Positions 26,401-41,400 of a stretch of DNA of 64,000 nt are shown here, piece after piece. A program made the translations under genes and the position numbers. This DNA is from Magallana gigas. Its lineage: Eukaryota. The notes beneath the pieces are model-generated. The model had not been told where the DNA came from. It worked only from the letters and a program-made list of their open reading frames with translations, and made no database searches. Where the stretch lies: assembly GCF_963853765.1 (NCBI RefSeq), contig NC_088856.1:35712001-35776000 (forward strand). The letters are read 5' to 3'. Positions within the stretch are counted from its first letter, which is position 1. The number at the start of each line of letters is the position of its first letter.

Positions 26401-29400
26401 TAGATTCTAGTCAACAACAAATATAGTTTTGTGGTTTGAAACCAACAAATTCAATGTTGGCCAAGGTTATCCATTGCTCTTCTACTGTGTTAATTACTGG
26501 CACATTTAATTTTCATGGTTTATGATTGAATGTTTCCCAATTTCATGCCTAGTTGACCATCAGAAGGTGCAGAACATTATAATTATCATGGAACCAAAAA
26601 ATGTATTGTCCAAAATTGGAGAAATTAACATCAACAGGGCAATTTATTTACAATGATATACAACACAAAATGGATTGAGAAATCAACCAAAACAGCTAGA
26701 ACTGCACAAAAACATGTTAGAATGCTACAAAATCTAAGGGCTAATACCAAATGACAAATTCTTAATTTCCTTACTTAGAAAACAATATTTCTTCCAAAAA
26801 CAAAGCTGGAGAATCATAAGATCTTTCCTTCTTTTGTTTTGTTTCCAGTTTGATGACCCTTGTGTTAAAGACCCCTTAAATTATAAAGGTTACTTAAGTC
26901 ATTATCCAACATTCACTAATTGCATGTATTTCCTTTAAGTTTACGATCATTAACAACCTATCCAGAATTTTTTCATCGGGAAAATCCAGTGAAAGCAGAT
27001 CTATTGATTATTTCCAAAGCATTTCAACAGTCCTGCATGTAGAAATACGGCTCTGCAGACAGGAGATGGTCATAAAGGATCCTATATGCCAAATAAGCGT
27101 GTTATAATGCCAGCAATAACTTTTTTTCCCCCCTCTTAGAAAAACTGGGTCAAAATGTGAGCTCTTTGCACCAATTTTCAACATCAGACAGACCCCAAAT
27201 CATCTTGCTGCATTAAACCCTGTCTTTGCAAGCCAATGGAGGCAACAATGGAAAAACCAAAGGACCCACCAAACCACACGGTAACTTGGATGTTCCATAA
27301 TGAATGAAAGCTTGGTCTATAAGCTTCTTTTGATCTCATTTGCAAAAATTCTGCAATGGTTCTCAAGAGCTCATCAACTGCATGCAAGATGACAAATTGA
27401 AAGCAAGAATGATAATTGTCTAGGGCTTACTCAGATATTTGTAGCAAGTATCAATATGGGCCCAAGTTTTATTACCAAATGCACTACTTAGTCTGATGAT
27501 AACCCTAATTTGTCGCAAAGTCTGCATTTCTTTTTAGTTCAGACGACATCTGTAATGGTGATTTTCAAAAAACCTGTTCTTAACCCAAACATTATTCCAG
27601 TTGTAAACTCAACACATTTAATATATAAATGTTGACGTTGAGGGGTTGAGGGCACAATTGATTATGTTAGCTCCCGAGGGACAAAATATTGCCCAATGCG
27701 AAAATAAATCCTTAAAAAATTCTACAACATATTTATAAAGTAAAGAGCATATTATCATTGAAAAACATTGGGTCCTTATGAATATTTAACAATATTCATA
27801 ATGCAATTGCAACAGACCTCTCTCCTTCAAACAAAAACAAAATATCTTACTGAAACTATATCTCCATATCCCTGCTATCTTACCTCTATGTTATATCATT
27901 GTCATAATAGAAAAGGTCGGACTGTTTCTTAAAAGTTCTTCTCAACTAATTTTCTGTTAATTCCACGCACAATCATGAAAAAACTTGGCCATATTGAAAG
28001 CCTGAGTCTATATCTACCTATAGAACCTCCACGGCATGCAATTCACCCTCCCTCGTTCACGTGAAGACTTGTACGCACACTCAATCAATGAGAACAGAAG
28101 GGGGGAAAAACAAAAAGAACAAAAGTTTAGCACACATGTATACACATACGGGAACAGCAAAACGAGTTTCTATGAGTGCACTCAGGCGAGTCCTGTATGG
28201 GGACTGAGAATTCGGTTACGACTTCTGACAGAAGAGTTTGCCTGCCTGGAACTGATTAAAGGTTCTGATTACAGCATTCACAATGGCCAGGGTCAGGTAT
28301 CTATGGCAGAATTGTCCTTGTAAGGAAGTCACCATGCAGGAATACCATACATATCTTGTCCCAAATCCTCCATTATATCATTTTTAAAAACATAAGACTT
28401 GAACAATTTTCTACAGTCAGTATTCCTTCCACAAAGTTCCAGTTTTACGCAGGTCTTGCGAAATTGCTTTAAATACTGAAAAGGCTTAAATGTTTACAAT
28501 GCCCTCAACACAGTGTGTACTCTAAATAAAATACCTGTTAAATTTAGAACATATTGAAATCAGAGACTGAGAAAAATACTATGAATGAACAGAAACTTTA
28601 TACAGAGTAAATGGCATTATTTTAGTGCAATATACACAACACTTTCTATCGGATAAATTACATTAATTTCTTAATAGTGCTCTCAGCAATCACTCTGCCT
28701 TTGTCAATTCTAAAAATATGACTTCAATATCACTTAGCAAATCTTTTAACTCAATTAAATCTTGGATTATGTGCCCCATGAAGCAATTACCGAAATACAA
28801 TATTATCTACCCCAGTTACACCTAAATTCCTTCTATACTGTAAGACAGAACCATTCAGAGATCAAATATACGGGAGCATCTAGCTAACCGGGACCCGTGA
28901 CAGAGACAATGTTCTGAAATTAATGTAGTGTGCAGGGTAGGGATAAGTTTTAAGCTTGCCTGATAGTCGGAGCAAGCTCCAGATCTAAGACACGCAATAC
29001 AGAGAGCAATGTACCATACAAGCTAGCTAGCCCACTTCCTGCACAAGTCTTTGGCTGGGTTACTTCACAATGCTCATTTGCCTGTGCAATTTTTGCTTTT
29101 TGTCCCCATCTAAATTACCCTTAAGAATACTTGTCATTGATTTTTTTAGGTTTAAATGAGAAAATTATTCAATATGTGCATTGACCTCCAATTTAAAGGT
29201 TAAGCCAAAATAGTTTAAACACTGTCTTCTTGCACAAATGTTGCTTCCTTTCAATTAAAAAAAACAACAACATATTTTTGCTATCTATTTTTAACAGTAG
29301 ATGTTAGCCTATACAGCTGCTGTGCCATGAATAAAAACAATTGTTAAATACCAGTATATATGTACCAAAATAGACACTTAAATACTGCTTTTCAAAAAGG

Positions 29401-32400
29401 AAAAAAGAGACAACAATGAACTTGCGAAAGAAATTGTTGGATAAAAAGAAGAAAATAATCAAATTTGGAAAAAAAAAATTGAAATGCATAGTTTTAGTTA
29501 AAAATGTCCAAGGTAACAGATATATCGTTAAAACAAAATATACTGCGAACAGACTTTTATCCTTAAAAAGGTCAAACAATTGTTTAACAACACACAGATT
29601 GTTGTTTTAATTGTATACATATATGTATATATATATATATATGTAAACATTAAAAAGAGGTGAACTCTGGTAAGATATACAAATATGTATAAACTTTAAC
29701 CAAAAAACAACCACTTTTTATTGTACATGTTCAATAATAAAAAAAAAACACTTGGGGAATCTACAATGTATATATGAAATAGTTCTTACAACACAGAAAG
29801 ACACCTGCTACAGCAAAGGTTTTTGCACAAGGTTAATGGTGTTTTGCCAACCAGAAACAGAATAAATATCAATTCACTGTCTTCCTTTCCCCGGGACACT
29901 ACAAAACTAATTCTCTACATAAATATGTACCCAGGTCTATACTTTCACACTTTTCTTGCCGATACATGATCAGTGAAAAAAGAAAAAAAATCCAGCTTGA
30001 CCACTGGAATTAGCTGGAGGGATTTTATTTCACTTTACTCCTACCTAATACAGTCTAATAACTCAATCTGACTCATATGCATGATTGAGAATTCAGCAAA
30101 CCACAAACAAAATATCTTCTTGTACTTCAACTGAAATGTGTAAACCTCTAACTATTTCTTTTTCATTTTGATCATTTTTTTGGGGGGGAAAGATTACTGA
30201 TTATGACCAAAAATAATTTTTCTATGGTAGACAACATGCATCTAGTTCGGGCCTAGCTATGAAGGCTTTGATCGCAAACCTCCCCTTTGCACATCTTTTT
30301 GGAACCTTGAATTTGCATATCTTCCTCATCCCTTTGTAAAATATCTCCCCTCCCCCTTAAAAAAACCCTAAAAAAAAAACTGTTTTGGATCATCTTTTTG
30401 AATTCCATTTTACTAACTCTGTAAAAGGATCCCCCTAGATATCTCCCATGACAGATTCCTTCTCTTGTGGCTCACAGCTATAATACAATCAAGTCTACAA
30501 GTCTTTTCCATTTTTGCTCATGTTTCTGCAAATTCTCTCAATTTCTATTACCCAATCGAAAAGAAGAAGAAAAAAAAGAAAAGACGGAAAAAGAGTACGA
30601 ATTATCGCTTTCACAATATCAAGGTCCCACGCGTCACATTTAAAACCTTATTTCTGCCGAGGAATCCAAAGCCAGTACTTGTCAGATCCATGTTGTCTTG
30701 GCAGATAGGAGCAAAATAAGGGTTACGATTACAAAACTTTTTTTTCTAATTTCCTTTTTTTGTCACACGATAAAAAACAAACTGCTATAATCACCCAATG
30801 ACAATAGCACAAGAGTCAATAAGGCCATGTTTCATTCTCTGGCATAACATAATTACCTCACAAAAAGGCTTTAAAATTCACAAGATGCAGCTAAAAAAAC
30901 GACAGGGACTTCACACCATGCTGATGCCTGAACCATTACAAAGTCGCATTTTTTATGCGATTCATTTGCCGATGCACAAACATTATCCAGCGTTGATGAG
31001 CAATCGCGAAGTTTAAACTGACATGTTTTGACTAAATTAATTAACAGATTAAAATGCCAATTGATCTTTTTTCAATCCTTTTCCCTCAAATGAGCCGCTC
31101 TCCTTCAAGTCTGACATAAAATATCGCTGACATTTCTTTTTTAGAAAAAATTAAGCAAAGCATCAAATATGTTTTTATTAAAACTGAGTATAAATGAAAG
31201 AATATAAAAAGGAAAAAAGGGTACATTCAAGTTGCTACTCAGAGTAATATTGCACCCATGTGAAAGAAAATATATTATCAATTGGTTACTAAAATGAAAC
31301 AATTTCTATCACATGGAGACTGCCATGCATCTCAATCAAGTGGACCAAGCTGCAATGTCTCAGTTTGACTGTGGTACAACATGACAAGGGTATGACAAAC
31401 CATGGCCTTCAAGTAAATCAACATAACAGGCCTGCATATCCTGTCAACTCAGCTCAAGAAGCAATGCTAAGGAGAGAAAAAAAAATAGAAGGGTTAATGC
31501 ATCTGGTGTACACTTGGTCCAAGCAGTGGGGAGATCAAGTTACACATTAGCCTGCAGCATCATCAGCATGACTGGTGCTGCCGCCAGCATCACATATGGA
31601 CTGCATCGGTTTTAAGCAATACATGATATATATCATAGCAATAGCATGATTGAAACATACCCTGCACATGATACTAGAGCACTAACCCTATAGGGCGCTG
31701 GAATGCGAGACTCCCGACGACCAAACAATGGTCTATGGGGACCAGCTCAGATGACATACCTTCACATGTATTTTGTGTCATAAGCATCAATATTTAATCT
31801 CCCCTTCCCCTCGATCCATTGTTCAATGAATTAGCCCTGTTGTTTGATCATCCTAGATATGGCCGGGTACAATCTCCCCAGAGAACTAGCTGGCACATTC
31901 CTAACTCAATAATGGGTATGGGCTTGCATGAGTACAGCACATACTTTGCAGAAATTTATATATTTTTTCCCCCCAGTCCATTTACAATTAACAACTTCAC
32001 TTCAGTTTTAATATTTAAGTATCATTTGTTTTTCTCATGACATACGAGCCAAAGTAATCTAGTTTACTATACAACACTATTATACTTATACAATAAATAT
32101 TGATCAAGATAAGGGAAAAGAGGGGAATATACATATATACAAGAAGATATACCTTCACAAAAATAGACACAGAACTATGGTCAAAAGTACTCAGACCAAG
32201 AAACAGTTAACATGTTTGCAAACTGTTTGTAATTTATGACCTGAATGATTTTACACATACCTGGAGTTTTACAGGTGAAAAACAAATACACAGGTAAATC
32301 CGTGTAACACATCGTAGGCAACATGCGGAAGTTTCACTCTCTCAAGGTCAGCTGACACCTCCCCGTTAAACAGAAACAAGAAGAAGAGCGCAAGCACCTG

Positions 32401-35400
32401 TTTCAACCTTCTCCAACCCTAACAGAGATACCGAGAGTAGTCGAAGAATTGAGAGAGAAAGAGAGAGACTGGGAGTGTGTGTATATGGTAAAGAGTCCCG
32501 CACACTGGTCAAAAGCTCAATATTTCTGTAAGCAATTTCTAGTAACATCCAATTAACAAATCAATAATTAAAGCAACAATAAAAGGGGATCACAACAGGG
32601 GAGAAACCGAAAGGGGGTATAGAGGGAAAAGAAAAAGGAAAAGAGAGATCTCGTCTTGAATTAAAAAGAATAAGTTGTCTTCAAAGGTAAACAAGAATAC
32701 AATGAACAAATACCTACCCCTAGGTTGTTTCCCCTTTTTCTAGCAAAGGTGTGTAATTGGTTTGTTCATATCCTGTGAAATCATATGCTTGGGGACTGGA
32801 TGGCACCACCAAGGTGAAAATTCTATCACCATTCGATATAGCGCACAGGTCAAGCTGACAATATCTCTCTTTCATCTGCTCTTAAAGTCATATTCTATGT
32901 CTTTACCATTAAAAAAAAAAAAATAATTAAAGAAATGCAACTTGTTGGAACGGAGCCTCATTTCAGATGCACACTGTACAAGTACGAATACCGGTAGCCA
33001 CACTGCTGGTCAGAGAGAGCTAGGAAGGGGTCAGAGGAATTTACTTGCCTCTGGAGTCTACTAGTGCTACTGTCGAAAGCATGGTCAGTAAAGAATGGCT
33101 CCAAAAATACAGTTTACAGTTCACTGACCCTAATCTGCCTTTGCTTTTACTGGCCCAGTGAATTAAAAAAAAGAGTAGGGGATTACCTAGATGGAAAATA
33201 GAGAATTATCTATGGTTAAGCCAACGAGGTTCAAGCAGGTTTCCTCTTTGAAAATTTTTATAAAAGTACATGACACTGCTTTTTAATATCCAACAAGAAT
33301 GCCAAAAATAACCGCTGCAGTAGTAAACAAGGTAGAATAGATTAGTTTTGTTGACCTTGATAAAAAGAAGAAATTGAATTTCCTTCTGAACTTTAATATG
33401 CATTGATCTTTTTATCATCGTAATGAGCAATCCAATTGATAAGAAAAGAAGAACAAGAGAAGAAATATATATAAAAATTTTTTTTATAGACAACATTGTA
33501 TTAGATTTTTGATCATCAGGTCTCAAGTTTCCACATTTATAGAACTTGTTGTCAGACATCTTCAGTAGAAATTTTTTTTTAGATTCTGCTTACCAGAAAT
33601 AAAAAAAAATTGGCCATAACCTATTCCCCCTTTTCTGTGCCCCTCTCACCAACTATTGACCACATTGAATAAACCCCAATGCGGAATTATTTCATTCTAA
33701 CAAAAGCTTATAATTCTGTATTTAAACAAATTCTCTTTTCCCCCAAGGTAATGCTTATTGAGCAAACAGTTTAAAGCTTTTGCATAGTGCTACTACTTCA
33801 CGGACGCTAAAACAAACTTGTCCGATTACACTCTCTCTCTCAGATCAACACCCCTGTCACAATACCGTTAGCTGGACATTACATGATACAGTCCAAGACC
33901 GCTTGGCTAATCAGCTCTTTTTCCCCTCCTCATACCATATTCATCCAGTACTACCTTAAACCCCTAAATCCTTCTCTAACTTTCAACAGTAATTGTCTAA
34001 CGATTTTGGTCGTACACAAAAACCAAGTCATAATGCCACGGTAATACTCTTGCCTTCTGACCCCATCTCTATGTTAATGAGGACCCATTCTTTAGCTGTC
34101 ATTGAAATCATTATGTGGGACTTCTTTCAGTAGCCATGATATATGTAAGAATGCAGGCAGTCATAATTTTACAGCAAATTTCCAACACCTAAAGTACATG
34201 CTCAGCAGCCCTAGCTGACGATTTATTGCCTCCATTGCAGCCAATGAAAAAGTCCTGCTGCAAACAATCTATTACTGAAATTTTTGCATTTTGCAAAGCA
34301 AGCAGAAATCGGCAACCTATTTTTATTCCTTAAAGCGTCAACTTACTAGAAATATCTTTTTCCCCCCTTTTCTTTATTATGAATAAAAAAAGCTGTACAT
34401 GTTTAAAAATCACCTTGAAAGTCTGCATGTTCAAAGAAAAATAATCATTTGTTAAAGGCAGAAACACCTTTCATGTTAATAATTATTAGAAGAAAAAAAA
34501 TATAAAAGATGGTATGCTGCAAATAACTTTATTTCATAACTTTTCAAAGAGTGTTTCTGAAGGGAATTGTTCTTCCCTTTTGAATCCTGTTATACAGAGA
34601 CTGTCTCAGACAGCTAGCCCTTATGCAAGCATACCAGTTTTTATTTTTTCACCCAGAAGCCAGGTCTTCCCCTCAAAGAACAAGTGTGAACATACAGAAG
34701 GGACTTCAGAGAAAGGGCCTATTGACTTGATGTTTCCTTTGTAAGCTCTCAATTGACCCTGTTCTCTCTCCCTCTCTCAAGTTGGCAAATATTTGGCTTT
34801 TACCTCATTACAATTGATTTCACACAAGTCATCAGCGATTCTGTCACAACAGATGGTGGTAGATCACAGGACAATACAGGAGGGGATCGAACTATTTTGT
34901 TACATGCTGTAATTGAATTAATTGATTTTCATTGGCTCCTGGTTATATTACTGGTTATTACATCACAGACATCAAACACACTTTCTCTCCCCATTTGTCC
35001 AAAAATAAATATTTCTATTTTCATATGATCAAAAACTTGGTTAGTTTGCAACCATTTGTTACAGTTCTATCAACTTGCTGTGCACTTGAGCCTGAGGTAA
35101 CATAAAAAACAATTTTTTTTCTGATAAACTGCCCAGCTGAAAGATTCTGCTCCAATTACAACACAACCTTATAGAGAAAATAGTAATAATTTAATTTCCC
35201 CTGATGGGATGCTTAAAGAAAAGCTAAAATATGGTGATTCTTTTCCATAGACATGAAGTCAAAAACCTATAAAAGGTTGATCTTGCTTCAATGTATATAT
35301 ATATAATCTTACAAATATATATCTTTATGGATAAAATATCAATCGAACTTGAGCCAAATTGTAGTATGGACCTATATCCATTTAGACTTCTCTACAATCT

Positions 35401-38400
35401 GTGCTAGTCATTATTATCACGGACGAAAATTTCCACACAAGACAAACTTCATAAACATCATTTGGTTAAAAACAAAAATCCATAAATATTGATGCCTAAC
35501 AAAACACGGGCCCTGTAATTTCAGGGCTACATGTATACAATTTGGTTTTTGCTATATTGACCCACGACCAACCGCGGAATCTTCCCAGGCACACAAAAGG
35601 ACCTGTGGTGCTTTCCTGTTTCTAGTTCAGGATTCCGCGCTGTTGGATGCCGTCCATTAGAGACGGGGGGAACCAGCGAAAAACCTTCCCCAAAAACATC
35701 AATACCAAACAATTGGGCATTTTAACTCAATCAATTTCCTCCACTTAACTAACCATATTCATTTCATTGGCTCTGAATTTCCACATAAAACTCCTTTTCT
35801 CCCATGCAAAAGAAACTAATTTCCTTCCAACGGTTAAATTAGGACAGGTCATTTCGCAAAGCAAATTCATAAAAAAAAAATATAATAAAAATTCAATCAT
35901 AAACAAAAACAAATGGATCATATTCAGGCTCTTCCAATATTCTAAATTACAAAATTGCATAACAGAGTGTGCTAATTATTCCACCTCACTACTTTGCATC
36001 AGAGTGTCCACAAATATGCAAAATACTGGAATGAAACAGTATCTCCCTACAAAACCAACTTAGTGCATCTCCATGAATCGTTTTGCAATCTCTTGTGATC
36101 GTACAATTTGTTCATGGAAACAAATCAAAATGTCAATTCTTCAGTTATATTAATCTACCATCTCCAAAGTTAGATACACTACCATCATAACATATATATT
36201 CCACAGAACACATATGTTTAAAGTGGTATCATTTTTCATAGACCAGGTAATGGTATAAAAACATAAAGTCAGTCTATTGCAAAATTGCAACCATGTCTTA
36301 AGTTTCAATGTCTTAAAACATATTTAAAGATTTAGATAAACCACAAAGAAGATAAAAACTTACAGGATCCAATCTCACTTAGAGAACCACTATTGCAAGT
36401 TTGATTTAAATAAAAAACAACTCTAGAATAGTTGGATATTAATTTTAACTTAAAAACCTACTATTTCCAAATTATTTTTTTTAAATCTTGATCTCATATT
36501 GCTAAACACTATGTGATAGATTCCCTGCAACCATTCAAACATTCTTATTGAAGGAAACGTCACATATTTTCACAAACCTTTCCTCCATCTTGAAATATCA
36601 TCAAGGTATATAAGTATAATAGCTCAGTATCGAACATACAGTTTGAACACGGTACACCTTTTCAAAAATAGACCAGGGCACAGCGAGCTAATGTGACAAT
36701 TATCAAAAGAATAAAACATGGCAGTTGTACATTAACGACAATCTCTGATCACGAAAAACTCTCCTCCGATTACATCAGACCAATTCACGGAGACAAGTGT
36801 ACTCCAGATAAATGCAATCAATTAAACTAATTAATGGAAAGGAACACCAACAAGAGGCAGAGGGTAAAATGTCTGGTGGATTCTGAGGTAGGAACTGCAC
36901 ATATCATTTCTATTGTTTATGATGTTCAATCAATACCAAACTCATGAAAAACAATGAATGAACCAATCAAACTCCGTGCTTTGACAACTTGGAAACAACC
37001 TTTCCCGGGCATGATGTCTAGATGTACATTATATGTACAGGTCTATATATACTAATAGGATACAATTTATTATTACAAATGATCCTGAGAAAAAAATCAA
37101 AGCCAAGAAATAGTTAATGAATGCAAGGAATCAATGTTTCTACCTACTGTACGGCATTGTTTAAAACTATATACCCTTAGTATAGTTAAAATCTTTTATC
37201 TAGATAGTATCTTATATTAGTATCAATGGATACCATTTATTGCTTGACAACAAAATCATCATTCGTTTTCAATTCCTCAAGTTATCAAACTGTTATCAGC
37301 TAGCCAATGTATATGACATGTAATGCTTATGATGGTGTCACAAGATTTGATCATGGATTCTGTAATTAATACAGGTATATGCTGCGACACGAATGATCAG
37401 GGATTTCGCAGAAGACGTTTCGCAACAGGAACTTGGCAGTGAACTCGCTAAGTGATTACACTTCCTGTCCCCATTAACGTCCGGTGTTCTTCAGAAATAG
37501 CCATTCCTTTACAAACCTGCTTTAATGAAGACACATATACGTGTATACCAATTCTGGCAGGAGAATCATGCATTCTGAATGCTTCGAAATCCTGGACTTT
37601 GTATAACATAGTCAGGGGAAAAATATTTGGAAATATTCTGTGACTCCAATTTCAGCATGTTCAGATCAAATAGGATAATTATCATGATTATGCTTACTTG
37701 ATATGTTATAAATTAACAATCAAAGGATTTTAAATACAGAGCAATTGCAACAACCACACAATAAATAATGCCTCCCCCACCATATATGAGTGCTTGACAA
37801 TATGCATAACTACTACCTGCTAAAACCAGCATTTTTAATGTTTATTTCTTTTGCGCCGTGAAAAATTAGCACTTGGGATCTAGCAAGTTCTGTAAAAAGC
37901 CAGAACTTCGGCTATTAATTTTCGTTAGTTTTTCAATTAACTCTTTCTACCAGCAGTTTTGTCTTTATGAGGCATTTCTTGAAACCTGCTCTATCATATG
38001 GTTCTATCTACACAGAAAAAAAAAAGAGAAAAATCAATCATGTTTTCCTCAATTTTACCCTGCTATAAAGCTATAAAATTCCCCTTCCTCTCTGTTTCTA
38101 AAGGTTTTTTTTGGTTAATAATATATTTAAGATTTCTGCTCAACTATACTCCATAAAATGAGGCACTTCCTGTCTTGTATTTTCCCCCGACAAACTTCCT
38201 TTTCCGTGTAATTATCACAACAGGCAGTCACCTTGCGTATGCATCGAAACCCAATAACATTTTTTTTTACCTCAAGTTTGCAATTCAGTTTCGGGTTTTG
38301 GGTAACCGCAAAGCTTCAATTTTCCCATTGATTAAACCAACAAAATCTAGGCATCATTTTATACCGCATAATTGATAAAAAAAATTTTATACTGCCTGAA

Positions 38401-41400
38401 ATCAAAGCTTCCAATCATGGAGACTTGGCCAGATTTCACATCAGGTATGGATTTTCGTTGCAAACAAAAACAAAAACATCTGTGATTATATACCTGGCAA
38501 AAATGGCCTCACATTGAGCTGTAATTTCACCCCTGTTATTGACACTGAAAAATTGGCAGGTAATTTTCAGGTCGCAAAATTCCTTAGCCCCTCCTCCTCT
38601 ATTCACTGACCACTTCTGGCAACACACCCCCCTAATTGTGCCGAATAAATAATAAAACACCTTCCCTACATGGTTTCTGCTACATGGGTTGTATAGGGAC
38701 ACATGGCTGATGTTTACGACTCTATAAAACGCAATCTGTGTAGCTTGGCATACTACCTGTCAGATTCTCCAAACAAGGAATCATAAAACGTGTCAACATG
38801 CACAAAAAACTTATACTTCTATAGAGTAAACTGTGAACAGGTAAATTTCATACGACCATCCTCCAATCTCTTTCCATGTTACACCTATATTATCAAAATG
38901 ACAAGCTTCTCTAAAGTAAAGTTGAAATTGATTAACCCTTCCTTTTCTTCTAAAATTTTTTTCTATCTATCCCTCCCTCCCCCTCTGTCTCTCTCTCTCT
39001 CTCATCAAAGCCATGAATCAGAAGTATTGTCAGTTTATTTCAAGTAACCCTTGGGGTCAAAGCTGTATGAAAGCAATTCAAAGATTTACTAAAATAGCAA
39101 TTCAGCTCTAAACTTCGTGGAGCATTTATAACATTGCAATGTAATTACTAGCATAAACACTCAATCATTTTACCCATCCACCGTGTATAACATTTTAAAA
39201 CAGGAAACCAACCTTTCCCCAATACCTTTTTTTCTATCTCCCAAACACCTACGAAGATCAATTTTCCAATGAAGAGGTGTACACTGACACACAATTATAT
39301 GGTTCCACCGGCCGCCACATCATCCGTCCACTATTAGAAACATTCACACAGATTCTGTCCAGCTCTAGGTGGTATATAAAAGGTAACGTGTTAACATATA
39401 TTCCGAGAGAAGAAGATTGACCACAAAAAATGCCTGTGGGGCGAACCAATCAATATAAAACCTGTTGTGTTAGGTAGCAGGCTGACCCACTGTCAGGCCA
39501 GGAGTGGAGCATTTGTACGCGTGAGGGCGGTAATACTGGGCCATACTGAAAAAAAACTTGCAGGGCGATACTAAAATAAAACTTGAGATTTAGTACAAAG
39601 CTCAGCGCAGAAACTGCATGGATTTTGGAAAAAAAAAAAACTTACAGGGTACGTGATATTAGAAAAACTTAATTTATTTAGATAACCTAGTGCAGAAACT
39701 GCATGCTTGGAAAAGTTTGCAGGGCAATACATAATAGGACTGTGCAAGCCTTGGTTCAGAAACTGTTTGGTGGCAGAAATTCATATCATAAAACTAAACC
39801 AATTGCCATAGAAAAAAAAGAAAAGAACTAGTTTTACTCAAGATCTCACAGGGAGCTTGATCATGTTGATGCAGGAAATTATGAACCAGGTTAACACAGG
39901 AACAAATCGGAGAACACTAATTGCTAACAGTGCAGTTCAAAACAAACTTATGAACAAACAGCAAAATCTAACAACTTCTCTCTTGACAATTTTCAGAGCA
40001 GTGATCAGAGTAGTTCATTTACCTACAAGCAATATGATAAAATCCCTTGTATCAAATATGGGCGACAATGTTGAGATAAAACAACTGATCTGGCAGTTAG
40101 ATACTTTTGATCTGATCATCTCCGTTCACATATAGTCATATATTTTACAATAGATTTATATCATGCATGCCATGGCCCGATATAATTTTGTTCTCATAAT
40201 ATAATGTAAAAACATTTTAATTATTACAAAACATGCTGAAGATTTTGGTCTTCTGAAAAAAAATTCACGAAGACAAATGATTGGTCAGTCAGCATACAGG
40301 TGGACATTTATCCGTATATTATACCTGAGATTAAAGAGATGCTACTGTAATTATAATTATACTCTACTAAAACCCAATCTCCGTCATGGAATGATTGAGG
40401 TTCAGGATATTCCAACCACAATCCCTGTACATGCGTCCTATCAAGTCTTGCTAACAATGAATCCCTCGAGAACTGGCCCGGCCTTATTAAAACACATACA
40501 TACATCTTCAATGATTCAAAATAATGCTGCATTTGTCTTCAACCACACAAAATAATGAAAATAACAAGAAAACAATTATTCTGTTAGTCTCTGAATTAAA
40601 AAATTAATTTTCTCCTTTTTATTCTAAAACAAGCAGAATCCAGTAAATCATGACAATAAATGAATTCTGTCGTTAAATAGTAATGCAATGACTTTATGTT
40701 AATATTGCAACACTTTAAGCTAGCACATGCATATACCATACATCCCAGTAATCAAAGGTACAAAAAAATTACTACACTTCAGTACATCTCATTATAAATA
40801 TATAGTATATGGAACAAAGGACTTGTTGCTTACTCTCTTACTATCATTAAACACCCAATATTAGATATGATTTTTCTTATTACATATCAGAATAAAGCCC
40901 TTCTGTTCATGAAGACGAAACTCCATACCCAGGATTGAATATCAAACCTTAGAGAAGTGACTGACCGATAGAACAGTGGCAACATCTAATTACAAATTCT
41001 GGACTCGCCAAATAATAATGAGCTATTCATAACAAAAAAAACGACAACTTACCTAGGACTGTGACCATGCGTTTAGAACGGGTGAATTGCTACGAACTCG
41101 TGGCACTAACGACCTTTCCCATTACCCCTTCATTTAAAAGACCCTACTCCTCACTGCTTCTCAAAACCGGGGCACTGTAGCGCAACGGCAAAACATATCT
41201 GAAAGTCGATCAGGCATAACTCAGTTCCAAATTTCCTACAATCCACCCACATTGGAGGAGGAGGGGAAAAAAAAAATTACCCGACCAAACTGTCACCATT
41301 TGATTCCTCTTTCTCTTTAACTGAAACTGGGTATCGGTCCCTAAAAAATATCGTGAATTTTGTCGGCAACAAAAATGAGAGGAATTCCCGTACATGCAGT

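Noticed and set aside
28979-28990. Short matches to miR-750 (CCAGATCTAA) and miR-124 (AGGCACGCGGT at ~22388)
   Set aside because: Only 10-11 nt, diverge immediately afterwards, no hairpin.
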